Below, piece by piece: positions 27,612 through 40,359 of a DNA stretch of 64,000 bases (position 1 is the stretch's first letter; each line of letters begins with the position of its first letter). A program made the position numbers and the translations under genes. Source of the DNA: Octopus vulgaris (taxonomy: Eukaryota); NCBI GenBank assembly GCA_951406725.2, contig OX597821.1, forward strand, positions 113,088,001 to 113,152,000, written 5' to 3'. A model generated the notes under the pieces. It made no database searches, was not told the DNA's origin, and was given only the letters and a program-made list of their open reading frames with translations.

Positions 27612-30600
27612 ACATACATACATATATATATATATATATATGTAAATTTCAAATGGGCTGAACAGAACGTAAGTCCCTCAATACTATTGAGGCTTGGTTT
27701 GGAAATTTTCCTTTTTCCCCTTTTGTTGTTGTTGCTTAGTCTCAGAAGAAGATGAGCAGCAACTTCCAATATTAATGGCAATAGTGCAGAGAGAAGTTAT
27801 TCCCTGAGCAAAGACCCAACCCAATTGCTTGTAACAAAATGGAATGTAGTTATAAAAGAAACAAAAACAGACAACAGCAGACTCACGGCTGTGGCGCCTT
27901 TGATCTTCAATCAGCTCAGATCTGTTTAAAAAAAGCTAATTATAGATACATATTTAATAAACTTGTCCTTTGTTGTTATCAGATAGAGTAGAGCTTTATC
28001 TCTGCCTCATCTCTTCACAAACCTATGACATATGATTTTCAATTTTTTTTCGCCCTTCTTATCAGGAAATACTTCTAGATTATTCTGAAGCTGGTGTATC
28101 ACAATCAATTTTTAATGATAGCGTAACCTCATTAGTGTTTTGTTTAGTTTTAAATAGATGGAGGACTGTAGAAAAATGTTGTTTCCTTTAAGGTCAGTCT
28201 CGGACATGACTGTCCACACATTTTGCATTAGCAACATGCTTTTGTGACACCTTAATTAAATTTTGTTTAATTGTATGTGGAGCAGCAGTCAGATTTCAAA
28301 CATACTTCACTGCAAAATCATGTCAGAAAAATTCACTGTAAGAAATTATTACACATAAGAAAATTTACCTCAAGACAAATTCATGATATGGACAACGATA
28401 AAATGTATTATATCAGTATTTTTTTAAATAAAAAAAAAAGTGGGGAAAATGATAAAAAGTATGTAAGTATGTGTGTGTATATAAGGTTTTATTAGAAAAT
28501 TTCTGAGCTGCATATGCAGTGATTCTGTTATTCAACAGCTGAGGATCATTAGTAGCCAGAAATGCCAAGAACCAATCATTGGCCATTGGAAACCTGTAAT
28601 CAATAAGTGTATTGTTCATAAACTGGTCCATTGGAAGCTTGTAACCAATCAAAAATTGCTATAAAAATAAATAAACCCTCTTATAGACATCATGTTTTTG
28701 GTCTAGAAATTTTACTCCATCTTTTTTGCTAATGAAATTATATAAAAGAAGAAAAAAAAGAAGATAACCAGTGCTGATTTCTGTGTAATCCAATGAAATT
28801 CTTTAGTCTGTAGTCTTGTTCTATGATATAAGAAAACTTATTTTTTTTATTGCACTGGTAAAAGATAGAATATTTTGCAAAGAGAAGCATTTCAATAGTG
28901 AACTACAGTCAAACTTGTGACAAAGGACAAGCAAAGTGAACAGCTACCAGGATTGATCTTAGAACATAAATGGGAATTAATATGGTAAGACCATCTATCT
29001 TGCCATTTCAGCCACTTTATTGCCTATGGAGGTTGAAGAAATCAAAAATAAGCCAGTGAAAGCCAGTGGAAGTTTGATAGAATTAAGAACATGAATTATC
29101 AAATATCGAATGTTTGGATGGTGAAATTATTATGAGTAAGATTTTAGCTTTAGGCAAAATTCTTCAGCTCTATCAGCATTGCCTACATGTAATTGCATGA
29201 AATATTTGAAGATGCTGTTCCTGTTAATTACCAAAAGTTTGGGGACTGTTATTGTAGTATTTAATGTTAGCTCCAGGCTGGATCCTATCGATACTCACTA
29301 AATAATTCCATAAACTATTTCAAGATACTATTCTTATTACTTACTTCATGGGGTACATCTATCTTCTCCACCAATCATATCTACTAATATGGTATGCAGT
29401 TCTAAACTCTGAAATAGTTTTATACTTTCTCGAAATTCAATTCCAGTTTTGCAATGTATTTTTACAAAAATTCCATTGAATTCACCAAACTTTGCATCAG
29501 ACTTCACTCAGTGATAGAATTGGAAATAAAATTCTTTTAATTCACATCTAGGCTTCTATCAGTTTCCAGCTACCAGATCCCTTCACAAGGCTTCGGTTGC
29601 TCTGGAATTATAGTAGAAGACACTTGCCCAAGGTTCCATACTGTGGATCTGAGCCCAAAACCTTGCCTGCATCTATGCCACATTATGTATGAAATCATAA
29701 AGAAGGGGCATGTGTTTTCTTCATTTACCATATGTCAGAGTGCTTAATGCTCACTTTGTTGTTATAAAATCTGCTTGTTAAATTACACGTGTGGCTATAA
29801 AATTGCCTAACTACAAGTAATTAAATCTAAAACTAAATACTTGTCTCCAAGGTTTTTATTGATCATGGTTAACCAAATATCAAAACTTATTCTCCAAGTT
29901 GCAGACCTCAGAAAGATTTTATAGGAAATGTTGTCTACTACTCATCTAGGTCATGATGTGATTTGAACTCAGAATGCAAAGAACCATAACATATACTGTA
30001 AGACATCACATACAGCTAATCTCTGCTAATCCACTGCTCTACATTGATACCTGTTTGTTAATCCTGAAAAGATGGAAGGCAAAGTTGACTTCACTTGGGT
30101 TTGAACTCACAACACTAAAAATCAGAACAAAAACTGCACGGCATTCTGGTACTCTAATGCTTCTGCCAATTTGCTGTCTTTGACACTCTATAATGGCTGT
30201 GGTGTTCTTTCTGATGCTTATAACAAGTCTCTGATGATTCCTCACTTATCTTGTCTTGTTTCAGTTATTAGACTGAGGCCATGCTGGGGCTCTGCCTTGA
30301 ATAATGTTTTACTTGAATGAATTGACCCTCATACTTATTGTTTTTTAAGCCTGTACTTATTCTATTGGTTTCTTTTGCCAAACCACTAAGTCATGGCATC
30401 ATAAACACACCGACACTGGTTGTCAAGCGGAGGTGGGGATCACATACACACACACACACACATGACGAGCTTCTTAAATTTTCCACCTACCAAATCCAAA
30501 TCCACTTACAAGACTCTAGTCAGCTTGAGGCTATAGTGGAAGACGCTTAGTTTAGGGGCCACACAAGTCTTCTTTCTTCATGCTCCCAGTGTTGTCCAAA

Positions 30601-31153
30601 GGAAGGACAAGGACTAATCTAGTACTTTTCAGACATATTGTTATTCATGTAAAAATGTAGCCCACTTTATCATCATCAATGTCCATCTTCCATACTGGCA
30701 TGGGTGATATGGTTTGACAGGTACAGACGAGTTAGGGGACTGCATATCAATTTTGGTAGGGTTTCTATGGTTGGATGCCTTTCGTAATGCCAAGCCCTTT
30801 ATAGAGTGTAGAGAGTGCTGCTTTATATTTGAAGCATTATTAGTACCAGTGAAGATCACTTCACAGCATGCAAGATCAAAAAGTAACCTTTATAAATGAG
30901 AGCAGAAGAGAGAGTGGGCAATGATCCTAGTTGGAAGCAAAGACGTCTGTCTTTGCTGTATGGTAGGCCCCCAGGCAAATCAATGAAATCAATGCATTAA
31001 GCTCTATAACATTTATTGACAGTAAGCCACAGCATATATAGATCAGAACTGTGTCCCTAGACTCATGAGGCCCCCAGGCAATTTTTCAGTATGCCCATCC
31101 CAACCCATGCCCATAAAAAATGAAGTCTTAAAATTTCACTATATTTAGATTAA

Positions 31154-31374
31154 CCCTTTAGCATTCAGATTACTCTGTCAAATGTAAAGCCTGTTTAATT
31201 ACATTATTTTAAATTAATTGTACAGCATCTTGTAACTCTGGGATGTTGATGATGTCCCTGTTTATTTTTAGAATGATTTTGTAGGGTAGGTGTGAGAGGT
31301 CAGAGCTGGCTCATTTTAAAAATAAAGCAGGAAGACAATTTTGGCCTGATATGGCCGGTTTAAACACTAAAGGG
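31154..31374. mobile_element. piggyBac-like MITE, complete
   Basis: TTAA|CCCTTTAGCATT ... AACACTAAAGGG|TTAA; fragments of the same family at ~9640-9800 and ~51368-51430. Confidence 0.8.
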
Positions 31375-32140
31375 TTAAACGTTATGTTAAGCTTTCACAA
31401 TCTGAAAGAGAAGGACAAAATGCAACTGTTAGCTACAGGTGTTGACTACCTACTGGACATTACGTATGCTCAGCCAAATGCTTCCCGGTGAGTTCATGTC
31501 CAAACAAGCAGGAGCAGGTTTTGCATTAGGAAAACACAACCAGGGAGGTATATATATGGGTTTTAAGACTGGCCCCTGGATTGGAGGAGAGTTAGTAAGA
31601 TAAGAGAAGCAGATTTACACTTGTGATAGGGTGGTAGTAGGGAGAGTAACAGAGTCGGCACTACTTGCGGGGAGAAGATAGATAGCAGGGAATGGGGAAG
31701 AAAACAGACAGGATTAGTATCAAGGGTGTTCAAGAAAACTGTGGAAAGGGGTGGGGTAGAGTTAAGAGGTGATAGGGTGCGTTGTGTTGGAGAAGGATCA
31801 AGGGCTATCGAAGATTATAAGAGGTAAGTTTGAACAGAAGGTATGAGGGAAAAGGGGACAGGAAGGGAACAGTAGACTAGGGTGGAAAGGAATCGTGAGA
31901 GAGTCATTAAAGGAAAGAGAAGTGTGGTGGGGAGTGAGGGAAATTGGCCAAAGGGAGGGAGAAGAGGTGTTGTGTAGTAAATTAACTTGCTTAAGAAAGC
32001 AAAAGAATTCACATAAAACTCAAAAGTTCATCACCTTTTTAATCTACTCAGTTAATTGGTGTAGAATTAATGATAATCAATGACTCCTTAGTCCATCATT
32101 GGCACTTTAAAGTAGTAAAGTGTGTGCGTGTTGTGTGTGT

Positions 32141-32181
<41 letters not shown>

Positions 32182-33107
32182 GAGATTACTTCAGCTCTGA
32201 ATAATAAATAGAAGCAGCAGTTGTCAGATCTGTGTGCATGCTTTGCTTATTCACGTTTGAGTGATGTGTTAACACCTGATCTGCTCCGCTATCCCCGCCA
32301 CCATCAAACAGCTATTTCCCCCTACCGTTGTTGTTGTTATTGGTGGTGAAGGTAATAGTAATTATGTTTGTGATGATGGTTGGCTGGCTGGCTGGCTGGT
32401 TGGTTGGTTGTTGGAGGCTTAACTTCCCGCTGCTTCTTTCCTCTTCATTGCAAGCCATTCATCTCCTTCGTAAATACGTTAGCAGAGACATTTAATTGCT
32501 TAGAACTCACTGCAAGGCAGGATTAATGTAAATCTATCCAGATTAGTTTGTGTAGGTGTGCCTCTGTGTGTGTGTGTGTGGCTGTATGAGGGAGACAATA
32601 TGAATGGTGATATTTTAATGTGGGCGTGTACTTGTATAGATGTGTATGCTTCTCCACCATGTAGTTTTTTTCCTTTGAAAACCCACTCGCCAAAGTCTTG
32701 TCTGCTTGCTCTCTATTACCTCCTTACTGCTTATTCAATGTTTAACATCAGATTACGAAATTTATTTATGTGGTGGTTGTTGTTGTTTAGAAATTAATTA
32801 TGGAATTCAGTATGTGTTGTTTTTGCACGTGTGTCGGACGGCTTTACAGCTCTGACTGTATAACCAACCACATACAAAGATTATCTTTCAATCTGCAGAT
32901 AAGTTTATGTACTTAGTGTCCAGGAAAAAGGAGAGTTGTTATGAAATCTGCAGCCTAACCAATTATCAAAGCTTATAATGTGCAGAAGGAGACCCTGTGA
33001 GACCTCTGACAGCAGGCTGCTGCCAACTCCCATGGAATCAACCAGAGCAAACAAGACCGAGCACTCTGAGAAGTAAAACAACAACAACAATAATAATAAT
33101 AATAATA

Positions 33108-34150
33108 ATTTCTGTTATGGCCACAAGGGCACACATACAAAACATTAAAAGACATGCAACAACATAAAAGACAAAAACAGGACAATACAAAGGGTTTTAC
33201 AGTGTGTGAACAATATAAATAACAATTAAAAATTGAACAAATTAAAACTCCCAATAGAGGAGGTGATTTAAGGTCCTCGTGGAAAAACCCACAAAAGCCA
33301 CGGGTGCTTGAAAAACAGGCAAGAGCCCTTCTCCTTTTTTCTTTTTACAGGTGCACGCTCAGAATTGGTCCTTTCACACTGGCCATTCTTTAAACATTCA
33401 CCCACCTTTCAACAAACTTGTTCCCACTCCACCCTCAGCTTCCTTTTCAAGTGAAACTTGAAAAAGTTGATGAGAGCTTGGCCAAAGCGGAAAATAATAA
33501 TAACAACAATTTCTCTTATTGATCACAAGGGCCCAAAACCTGGAGGACAATATCAAAGGACGGGATACAACACACAAAAGAACATGTGGGTGTTTACAGC
33601 AATCAAAAAACGACACTAGAATATCAAAGGATATAACAAAGTATATCTAAATAGACGTTAGGGAAATAAATATTTGATAAATAAATAGAATCCCAAGAGC
33701 AGGGCAGTCCACTTTGAGTAATTTGAGGTAAACCCCACACAGAGGACCCAGATTAGTCTGCCATCCCCAAGGCATGGGAAGTGCCATTTTCCAGTTTCTT
33801 TCCTCCTACTTATAAAAACATACTCGGAGTAGATCCTTTCAGCCTCTCCAGTCTTGCCACTCACATCCTCCTTTTGATAACCACACTAGAAGGCAGCACT
33901 TGTCTCTTTACCCTCACCTTCCTCTTTGAATGAGATTTGAGGAAATCGACAAGAGCTTGACCAAACAGGAAAGTGCTTTTCTTCAAACCTTTTGGATGGG
34001 TCCACCACACCACCTCTTCTGCCACAGCCACTAAGCAGAGAAAGATCTGCTTTCCATCTCTGCTAAAGGAAGGTTGTATGTTGATCTTCAGTATACACCC
34101 AGCTTACAGCTGAATCCATCTTACCCGAGTCAGCAGCTGCTCAGTTCAAG
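33108..34150 (-). mobile_element. Degenerate L1/Tx1-like LINE 3' region
   Basis: Minus frame QIFLCLVAVAEEVVWWTHPKGLKKSTFLFGQALVDFLKSH resembles a Tx1-type ORF2 C-terminus; T-rich UTRs end in (TTA)n. Confidence 0.55.
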
Positions 34151-34928
34151 CCTAATAATAATAACTGCTCTGAAAACAGCAAAGATTATCCTGATCCTAG
34201 AACATGACTGGTTAATTTATTTTATCAACCAATAAGTTGAAAGGCAAAGTTGACCTTGGCAGAATTTGAAATCACAACATAAAAATGGACAAAATGCCAC
34301 TAAGCATTCTGTGTGGTGTGCTAACAGTTCTGCAAGCACACCACCTTAATTATCATCATCATCATCCAGTGTTTTAAATCCAAGTTTTGTCCCTGTTAAC
34401 GGGGGTTGTCAGACCTACCTTAATGCCATAGCAACCAAGGTAAGCAGGTACAGTCCACCCCAACCTTTGGGCTGGCTAGTGCCCATTCTACTTTGCTATC
34501 ATGAGGCTTTTTTGGAGCTGGATTTTCTACAGGAAGCATGCCCTTGCTTACTCCCAACCTCAGTTTCTAGACATGAGTGGTCCCAAGACCAAGGCCTCTA
34601 CCAAGAAATGTGGTGGAAAACTAGCTCAGGAAGGCAGGGACGCTACTCCCTATAACCCCTTTTGGAGCCCCTCTACCTAATGATGATGATGATAATAATA
34701 ATAATAATCCTTACTACTATAGGCACAAGACCTGAAATTTGTGGGGAGGGTAAACTGCCTAACTGGTACTTAGTTTATTAACCCTGAAAGAATGAAATAT
34801 AAAGTCAATCTCGGCGAAATTTGAACTCAGAATGTTGTGATGGGGAAATACTGCTTAGCATTTTGTCTGGTATGCTACCGATTCTGCCAGCTTGCCACCT
34901 TAATAATAATAATAATAATAACAACAAC

Positions 34929-35292
34929 AAGAGCACTCATAGAGTGCAAACCTCTGCCAAGGCAACACCAATGTCCTCTCAACAATTAAGCAGAGACGAT
35001 TTTTTTAAATGAGAATATCTGAAATAAAATCGACCGCTCTCACAAACGAGAATACTAAAAGTGAACCCGACCACTCTCAAAAATTAAGTAAAAAAACAGG
35101 AAAAATAAACCAGAATCCTTGTCCAGTACCCAATCAATTCCAAAATCTAATCAGTTTGTTCTAGTTCTGAGGCCAAACATCCCTGAAAGTTTCATCTGAA
35201 TCCATCTAGCGGTTCTTGAGATATCTTGTCCACAGACAAACAAACAAGCATGACTGAAAACAATACCTCTGCCTTAGTGAAGGCGGAGGTAA
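34929..35292 (+). mobile_element. Helentron/Helitron-associated non-autonomous element (HINE/DINE-like)
   Basis: 5' ACCTCTGCCAAGG, internal (ACAA)n, terminal hairpin TACCTCTGCCTT-AGTG-AAGGCGGAGGTA (35264-35291); inserted in (AAT)n. Confidence 0.6.
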
Positions 35293-36024
35293 TAATAATA
35301 ATAATAATAATAATAGTTATGATTTTAGCACAAGGCCAGCAATTTCAGGGAAATTGACTCCAGTAATAAACTGGTATGTATTTTATAATCATAATGATAA
35401 TAACAACAATAATTACAACAATAATAAATAGATAAAAATGCTTATGTATAAGATAGAAAATTGTGATTTCATGCTGGTATCATCATGTTTTTTTTAAAAA
35501 ATAAGCTTGATAAGATAATATTATTATTATATCCATTATTTGAAAATGTAGATTTTGAAAAATATATTGGATAGTTCACAGATAAAAGGTTTATAATCTG
35601 TCTAAAGATTAGATTTTGTTGAAGTAGCACAACTAAGAAGGTTGTTCTACCATTTGACTTCAAAGTCAAGCCATTTTTCTTTACTCTCTTTTGGCCTTTT
35701 ATTGTTTGTTTTTTATATATTTTGCATTTTCTTTGCGTTCTGTTATTCCTTTACATGTTTCAGTAATTGGATTGTGCCCATACTGGGGCACCAACTTGAA
35801 AGGTTTACTCGGTTATATCGACCCATGTACTTTTTTTTATGTTTGATGTTAATTCTATCAGTCTGTTTTTTTTTATTCCATGAGCTGATAAGTTAGAGGG
35901 ATGTAAAATCAAAAACAGCCACCACCAGTTGTCATGTAGGGAGGACAAACACACATGCATGTATACAAGTACACATACATACATTCATATATATATATGT
36001 ATATATACGCACACACATGCACAT

Positions 36025-36359
36025 ATATGATGGGCTTCTTTCAGTTTCCATCTACCAAATCCACTCACGAGGCTTTGTCAACCCAAGACTGTAGTAAAAG
36101 ACACTTACCCTAGGTGGCATGCAGTGGGATTGCACCAAGAACCATGTGGTTAGCAAGCAAGCTAATTACCACTCAGCCACACCTATATATATATATATAT
36201 ATATATATAAGGACTTCTTTCAGTTTCTGTCTACCAAATCCATTCAGATGGCTTTGGTTGGCCTAAGATTTTAGTAGAAAACACTTGCCCAAGGTGGATC
36301 ACAGTGGGATTGAACCCAGAACCATGTGGTTCATAAGCCAGCTGCTTACCACACAGCCA

Positions 36360-36404
<45 letters not shown>

Positions 36405-36570
36405 AATTTTAAAAATGGGCCTCTTTCAGTTTCTGTCTACCAAATCCATTCAGAAGGCTTTGCCCGAGGTTTTAGCAGAAGACACTTGCCCAAGGTGGCA
36501 CGTAGTGGAACTGAATCCAGAACCATGTGGTTGGGAAGCAAGCTTCTTACCACACAGCCATGCCTGCACT
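36025..36570 (-). repeat. Three tandem ~185-bp SINE heads separated by (TA)n
   Basis: CTTTCAGTTTC..TCTACCAAATCCA...GAACCATGTGGTT...CAGCCA occurs three times in tandem. Confidence 0.85.
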
Positions 36571-37091
36571 TATGTATAGAGATCAATCAATCAATAGATA
36601 GATAAATGTACTTTTTTATTATTGTTAATTGACAGAAAATTAGGAAAGTGAGTCGAGGGCCGAACTTTATTTTTACCCCAAATTTGTTCAGTGACTGAAA
36701 CAAACTATCTTCTGTGACGATGTTTGCATGAAATCACAATAACCCTGTTCAGAATCAGTTCTAACCTGTTTTGTATGGCTATGATGTAATACATGGCAGT
36801 TTCAATCAGCCCATCATCATTATCATCATCACATCTGTTTCTCCATGTTTGCATAGGTTAGAAGAGATTATGTTGGGGCAGAGTTTTCTATGGCCAGATG
36901 CCATTCTTGGTGCCAAACCCCTACTTGTTTCTGATCAAGGTATAAACCTCCAAGTTTATTGAACAACAAAGAGCCCGGACATGTTTTGTGCAGAGAACTG
37001 CAGACAACGAACATTGCATGAAAGAGCCTTTTGGTTTACAAAGCAGTGAATATGAGGAAAAAACAAACTCACTCACCTATGCACCATTGCA

Positions 37092-37130
<39 letters not shown>

Positions 37131-37135
37131 ACACA

Positions 37136-37180
<45 letters not shown>

Positions 37181-37492
37181 CCATGTAAATATACTTGCTT
37201 CTCCACCTCCTCCTATGAACTGTTTGTGAAATCGATCCGTCAATACAAGCTGTAGTTATGTGTGTGTGTGTGTGATAGACAGAACATTATGTGCATGTGT
37301 GTGTGTGTGTGTGTGTGTATGCATGTGTCATGACTTTGGCATGTGTCAACTATGCAGCTTTTATCGTCTTTACCAACACCCCTACCACTGCTTGTCAATT
37401 TCAGTGTCCCTCTATCAACTTAAACATCTTATGTTTACTCCCTCCGTATCTTCCCCCTTTTTACTCCCTCTCCCTTTATACGATGCTCGGTG

Positions 37493-37529
<37 letters not shown>

Positions 37530-37594
37530 GGTAGCCAAATAGCACCTCTTTTAGCAAGACAATCTGTTCTGTCCTTCTGTCATACTGTAACCCA

Positions 37595-37878
37595 GTGGTG
37601 GTTCCCAAAGTAGCTGGTATTGGTCCCCTGGGAGTGATGGAAAGATTCAGCAGGGTGGGCATTGAAGAAAAGTGGGATGATAATGGGGTGGCCAAAATGG
37701 GGTGATAGATGTAAAAACAAAAATATTGATAAGTTAATTAGGTTAAAATTTTATTTGTGAAATACGAATTTGCAGCAGAAAGTGGTCTATATTTGTGGTG
37801 AGGGGGAGGAGGAGGGAGAGCTATGAATGTGACCTGGGTGCCAAGGGGGCGGCAGCCTGAAAATTTTGGGAACCACAT
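37595..37878. mobile_element. hAT-like MITE
   Basis: Inverted termini GTGGTTCCCAAA / TTTGGGAACCAC (Charlie-type). Confidence 0.55.
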
Positions 37879-40000
37879 CTCAAACCTCTTGCCCAGTATA
37901 CAGTCACTTCTGTCAGTGTCATTCCCTCTCTCAACTGGGAGGTCTTTGTCTTGCAAGCTATTTGGTAAACCCATTAGTGTCGGTCCCGAGGAATATATAT
38001 CCATGCTGATGTCACAAAAATGCACCCAGTATACCCTGGAAACTTGTTGGTGTTAGGAAGGGCATCCAGCCATTGAAACCTTTCAAAAAATAGACAAATG
38101 GAGCTTGGTGCAGCTCTCTGGCTGTCATATCATCCAACCCATATCAGATGGGAAAACAGACGTGAAATGATGATGATGATACACAACAGGCTTCTTTCAG
38201 TTTCTGTCTACCAAATCTACTCAAGATTTTGGTCAACCTGGAACTCCAGTTGAAAATATTGGCTTAAAGTATCAGTGTCACACAGAAGAAATGAACCTAA
38301 GACCATATTTTTGAGAAGTGAGCTTCTCAACTACACAGCCATGGTCAGCCAGTTTTGTATGGGTTTGAAGTAAATCGTTGTAAGTTAATTTAGTTCTCCT
38401 GCAAAACTTAATTAAAGTGAAACAAACAATGTTTAAATGTTTATTTGTGGAGATTCATTCTGGATATGTCTTTAAAATAAAATATATTTCGAACAAGTGT
38501 AACGAACAGAACAGATTTATTGCTTTCTACAAAATAAATATGTTTTGTAAGATATAGGTTGTATTTCTCCTGATAATTGTTGCAGCTTTTGTGTAGACAT
38601 TAATTGTAATTAAATGTGAGTGTTCTTGTCCCAACATCACATGATAGTTGCGAAAAGGCAACACAATCATACTGTCGATGTTGTTCATTTACTGTGAAAA
38701 ACATGCCTGTATCTGGGGAAATGTTAGGCTTTGAGACAGGTAAAGGTTGGTGACAGAAAGGGCATCCAGCCATAAAAAGTCTGCCTCAGCGAATCCTGTA
38801 TATGACAGTGTTTAGGATATTTGGATCTTGATCCTAAGGCTGTGAGTTCAATTCTCAGCAATGCATGTATCCTTGAGCAAGACATTTTATTCCACATTCC
38901 TCCAGTCCACTCAGCTGGCAAAAATGAATAGTACCTGTAATTCAAAGGGCCAGCCTTGTCACATTCTGTGTTACACTGAATCTCCCTGAGAACTATGTTA
39001 AGGGTACTTGTATCTGTGGAGTACTCAGCCACTTGCGCATTAATTCCAAGAGCAGGCTGTTCACTTGATTGGATCAACTGGAACCCTCATTGTCATAACT
39101 GACAAAGTGCCAACTTTTTTAATTCTTACCTAAGCAAGCCTGGAAAATGGATGTTAAAACGATGAGGAAGATGTCCTAATAAGATAACTTTATAATTCTG
39201 TTTGGTAATTTAATTTGAGAAAACAGAAATAGAATCCATTACAATTTTGTATAATTCTAAATAATTTTTTTCTTTTTTTAAAAATTTTTCTGAGAAAATT
39301 TGCAAGGTTAATATGCTAAGAAAGTATTAAAATGTCTTACCTGCTTATATGGATGCAGAGAGAGAGAGAGAGAGGGGGGGAGTGAGAGTAAGAAAGAAAG
39401 AGGAAAAGAGAAGATAACTTGATTGTGGGTTTTTATTAACAAGCTAGCATCTGACAGATACACATTAAACATCATTTATTTTATAAATCTTTATCTTTTA
39501 CTTGTTTCATTCATTAGACTGCAGCCATGCTGGAGCACCACTTTGAAGAATCTTAGTTGAACACTGATTTCAAGAGGGACACACGCACACACACACGCAC
39601 ACACGCAATGGGCTTCTTTCAGTTTCCATCTACCAAATCCACTCACAAGGCTTTGGTTGGCCTGAAGCTATAGTGGAAGACACTTGCCTAAGGTGCCGCA
39701 CAGTGGGACTGAACCCAGAACCATGTGGTTGGGAAACGACCTTCCTACCACACAGCCACACCTGCACCACTTTGCTAAAATATCTGAGGTTGCTGTCATG
39801 GCTGGAAAGTAGGAGGGGAAGTTTTTCTTCGCCATTTTGAACTTGCAAAGAAAGAAATTAAATTTTTAAGAAAAATACTTGAATTATTCAGAATAAGTCA
39901 TTTTGGGCATAAATATAATGACCCCAGATATATTTTTTTTTATGTTCTAATAATCATACAGGCAATGGCATGACTGAGTGGTGACAAGCTTACTTCCCAA

Positions 40001-40084
40001 TGGTACAATTGTTTCCTGCTACTTCATTTTATTAAACACTGTAAGTATTACATCAGTTTTAAAATGTCGAGCAATCTTCAGCCA
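40001..40084 (-). ncRNA. Type I hammerhead ribozyme-like motif in a Penelope-type inverted repeat
   Basis: Minus strand: TGG-CTGAAGA-TTGCT..long loop..AGCAG-GAAA-C-AATT-G-TA-CCA. Lies in a near-perfect 66-bp inverted repeat (40001-40176). Confidence 0.55.
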
Positions 40085-40306
40085 CTTATAGAAATTTTCC
40101 AATCAAACAACATTTTAAAACTGATGTAATACTTACAGTGTTTAATAAAATGAAGTAGCATGAAACAATTGTACCACTACACCTTGGATATACTTGTTGC
40201 TTATTTTGATTATAATCACCCCATGGATTTATATGGATAATACCATACGAAATTCTGGTGCCTTTGACTTAAGTACCATATTCATCTGAATCTAAATTTT
40301 ACTGAA

Positions 40307-40359
<53 letters not shown>

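Noticed and set aside
28413-28652. 79-aa minus-strand ORF in unique DNA
   Set aside because: Non-ATG start, runs into simple repeat, no donor site or recognisable protein similarity.
31620-31980. Purine-rich tract (and pyrimidine-rich 48170-48320) as a G-quadruplex or triplex element
   Set aside because: Low-complexity sequence with widely spaced G-runs; no specific support for function.
32978-33076. 32-aa small ORF MCRRRPCETSDS...HSEK as an alternative MYO7A first exon
   Set aside because: Ends in TAA; the only nearby GT is weak and out of phase with the 47315 acceptor; no recognisable homology.
39325-39375. Minus-strand donor CAG|GTAAGA as a partner exon for the 27887 candidate
   Set aside because: Preceded directly by a (CT)n microsatellite with no definable exon; expected by chance in 64 kb.
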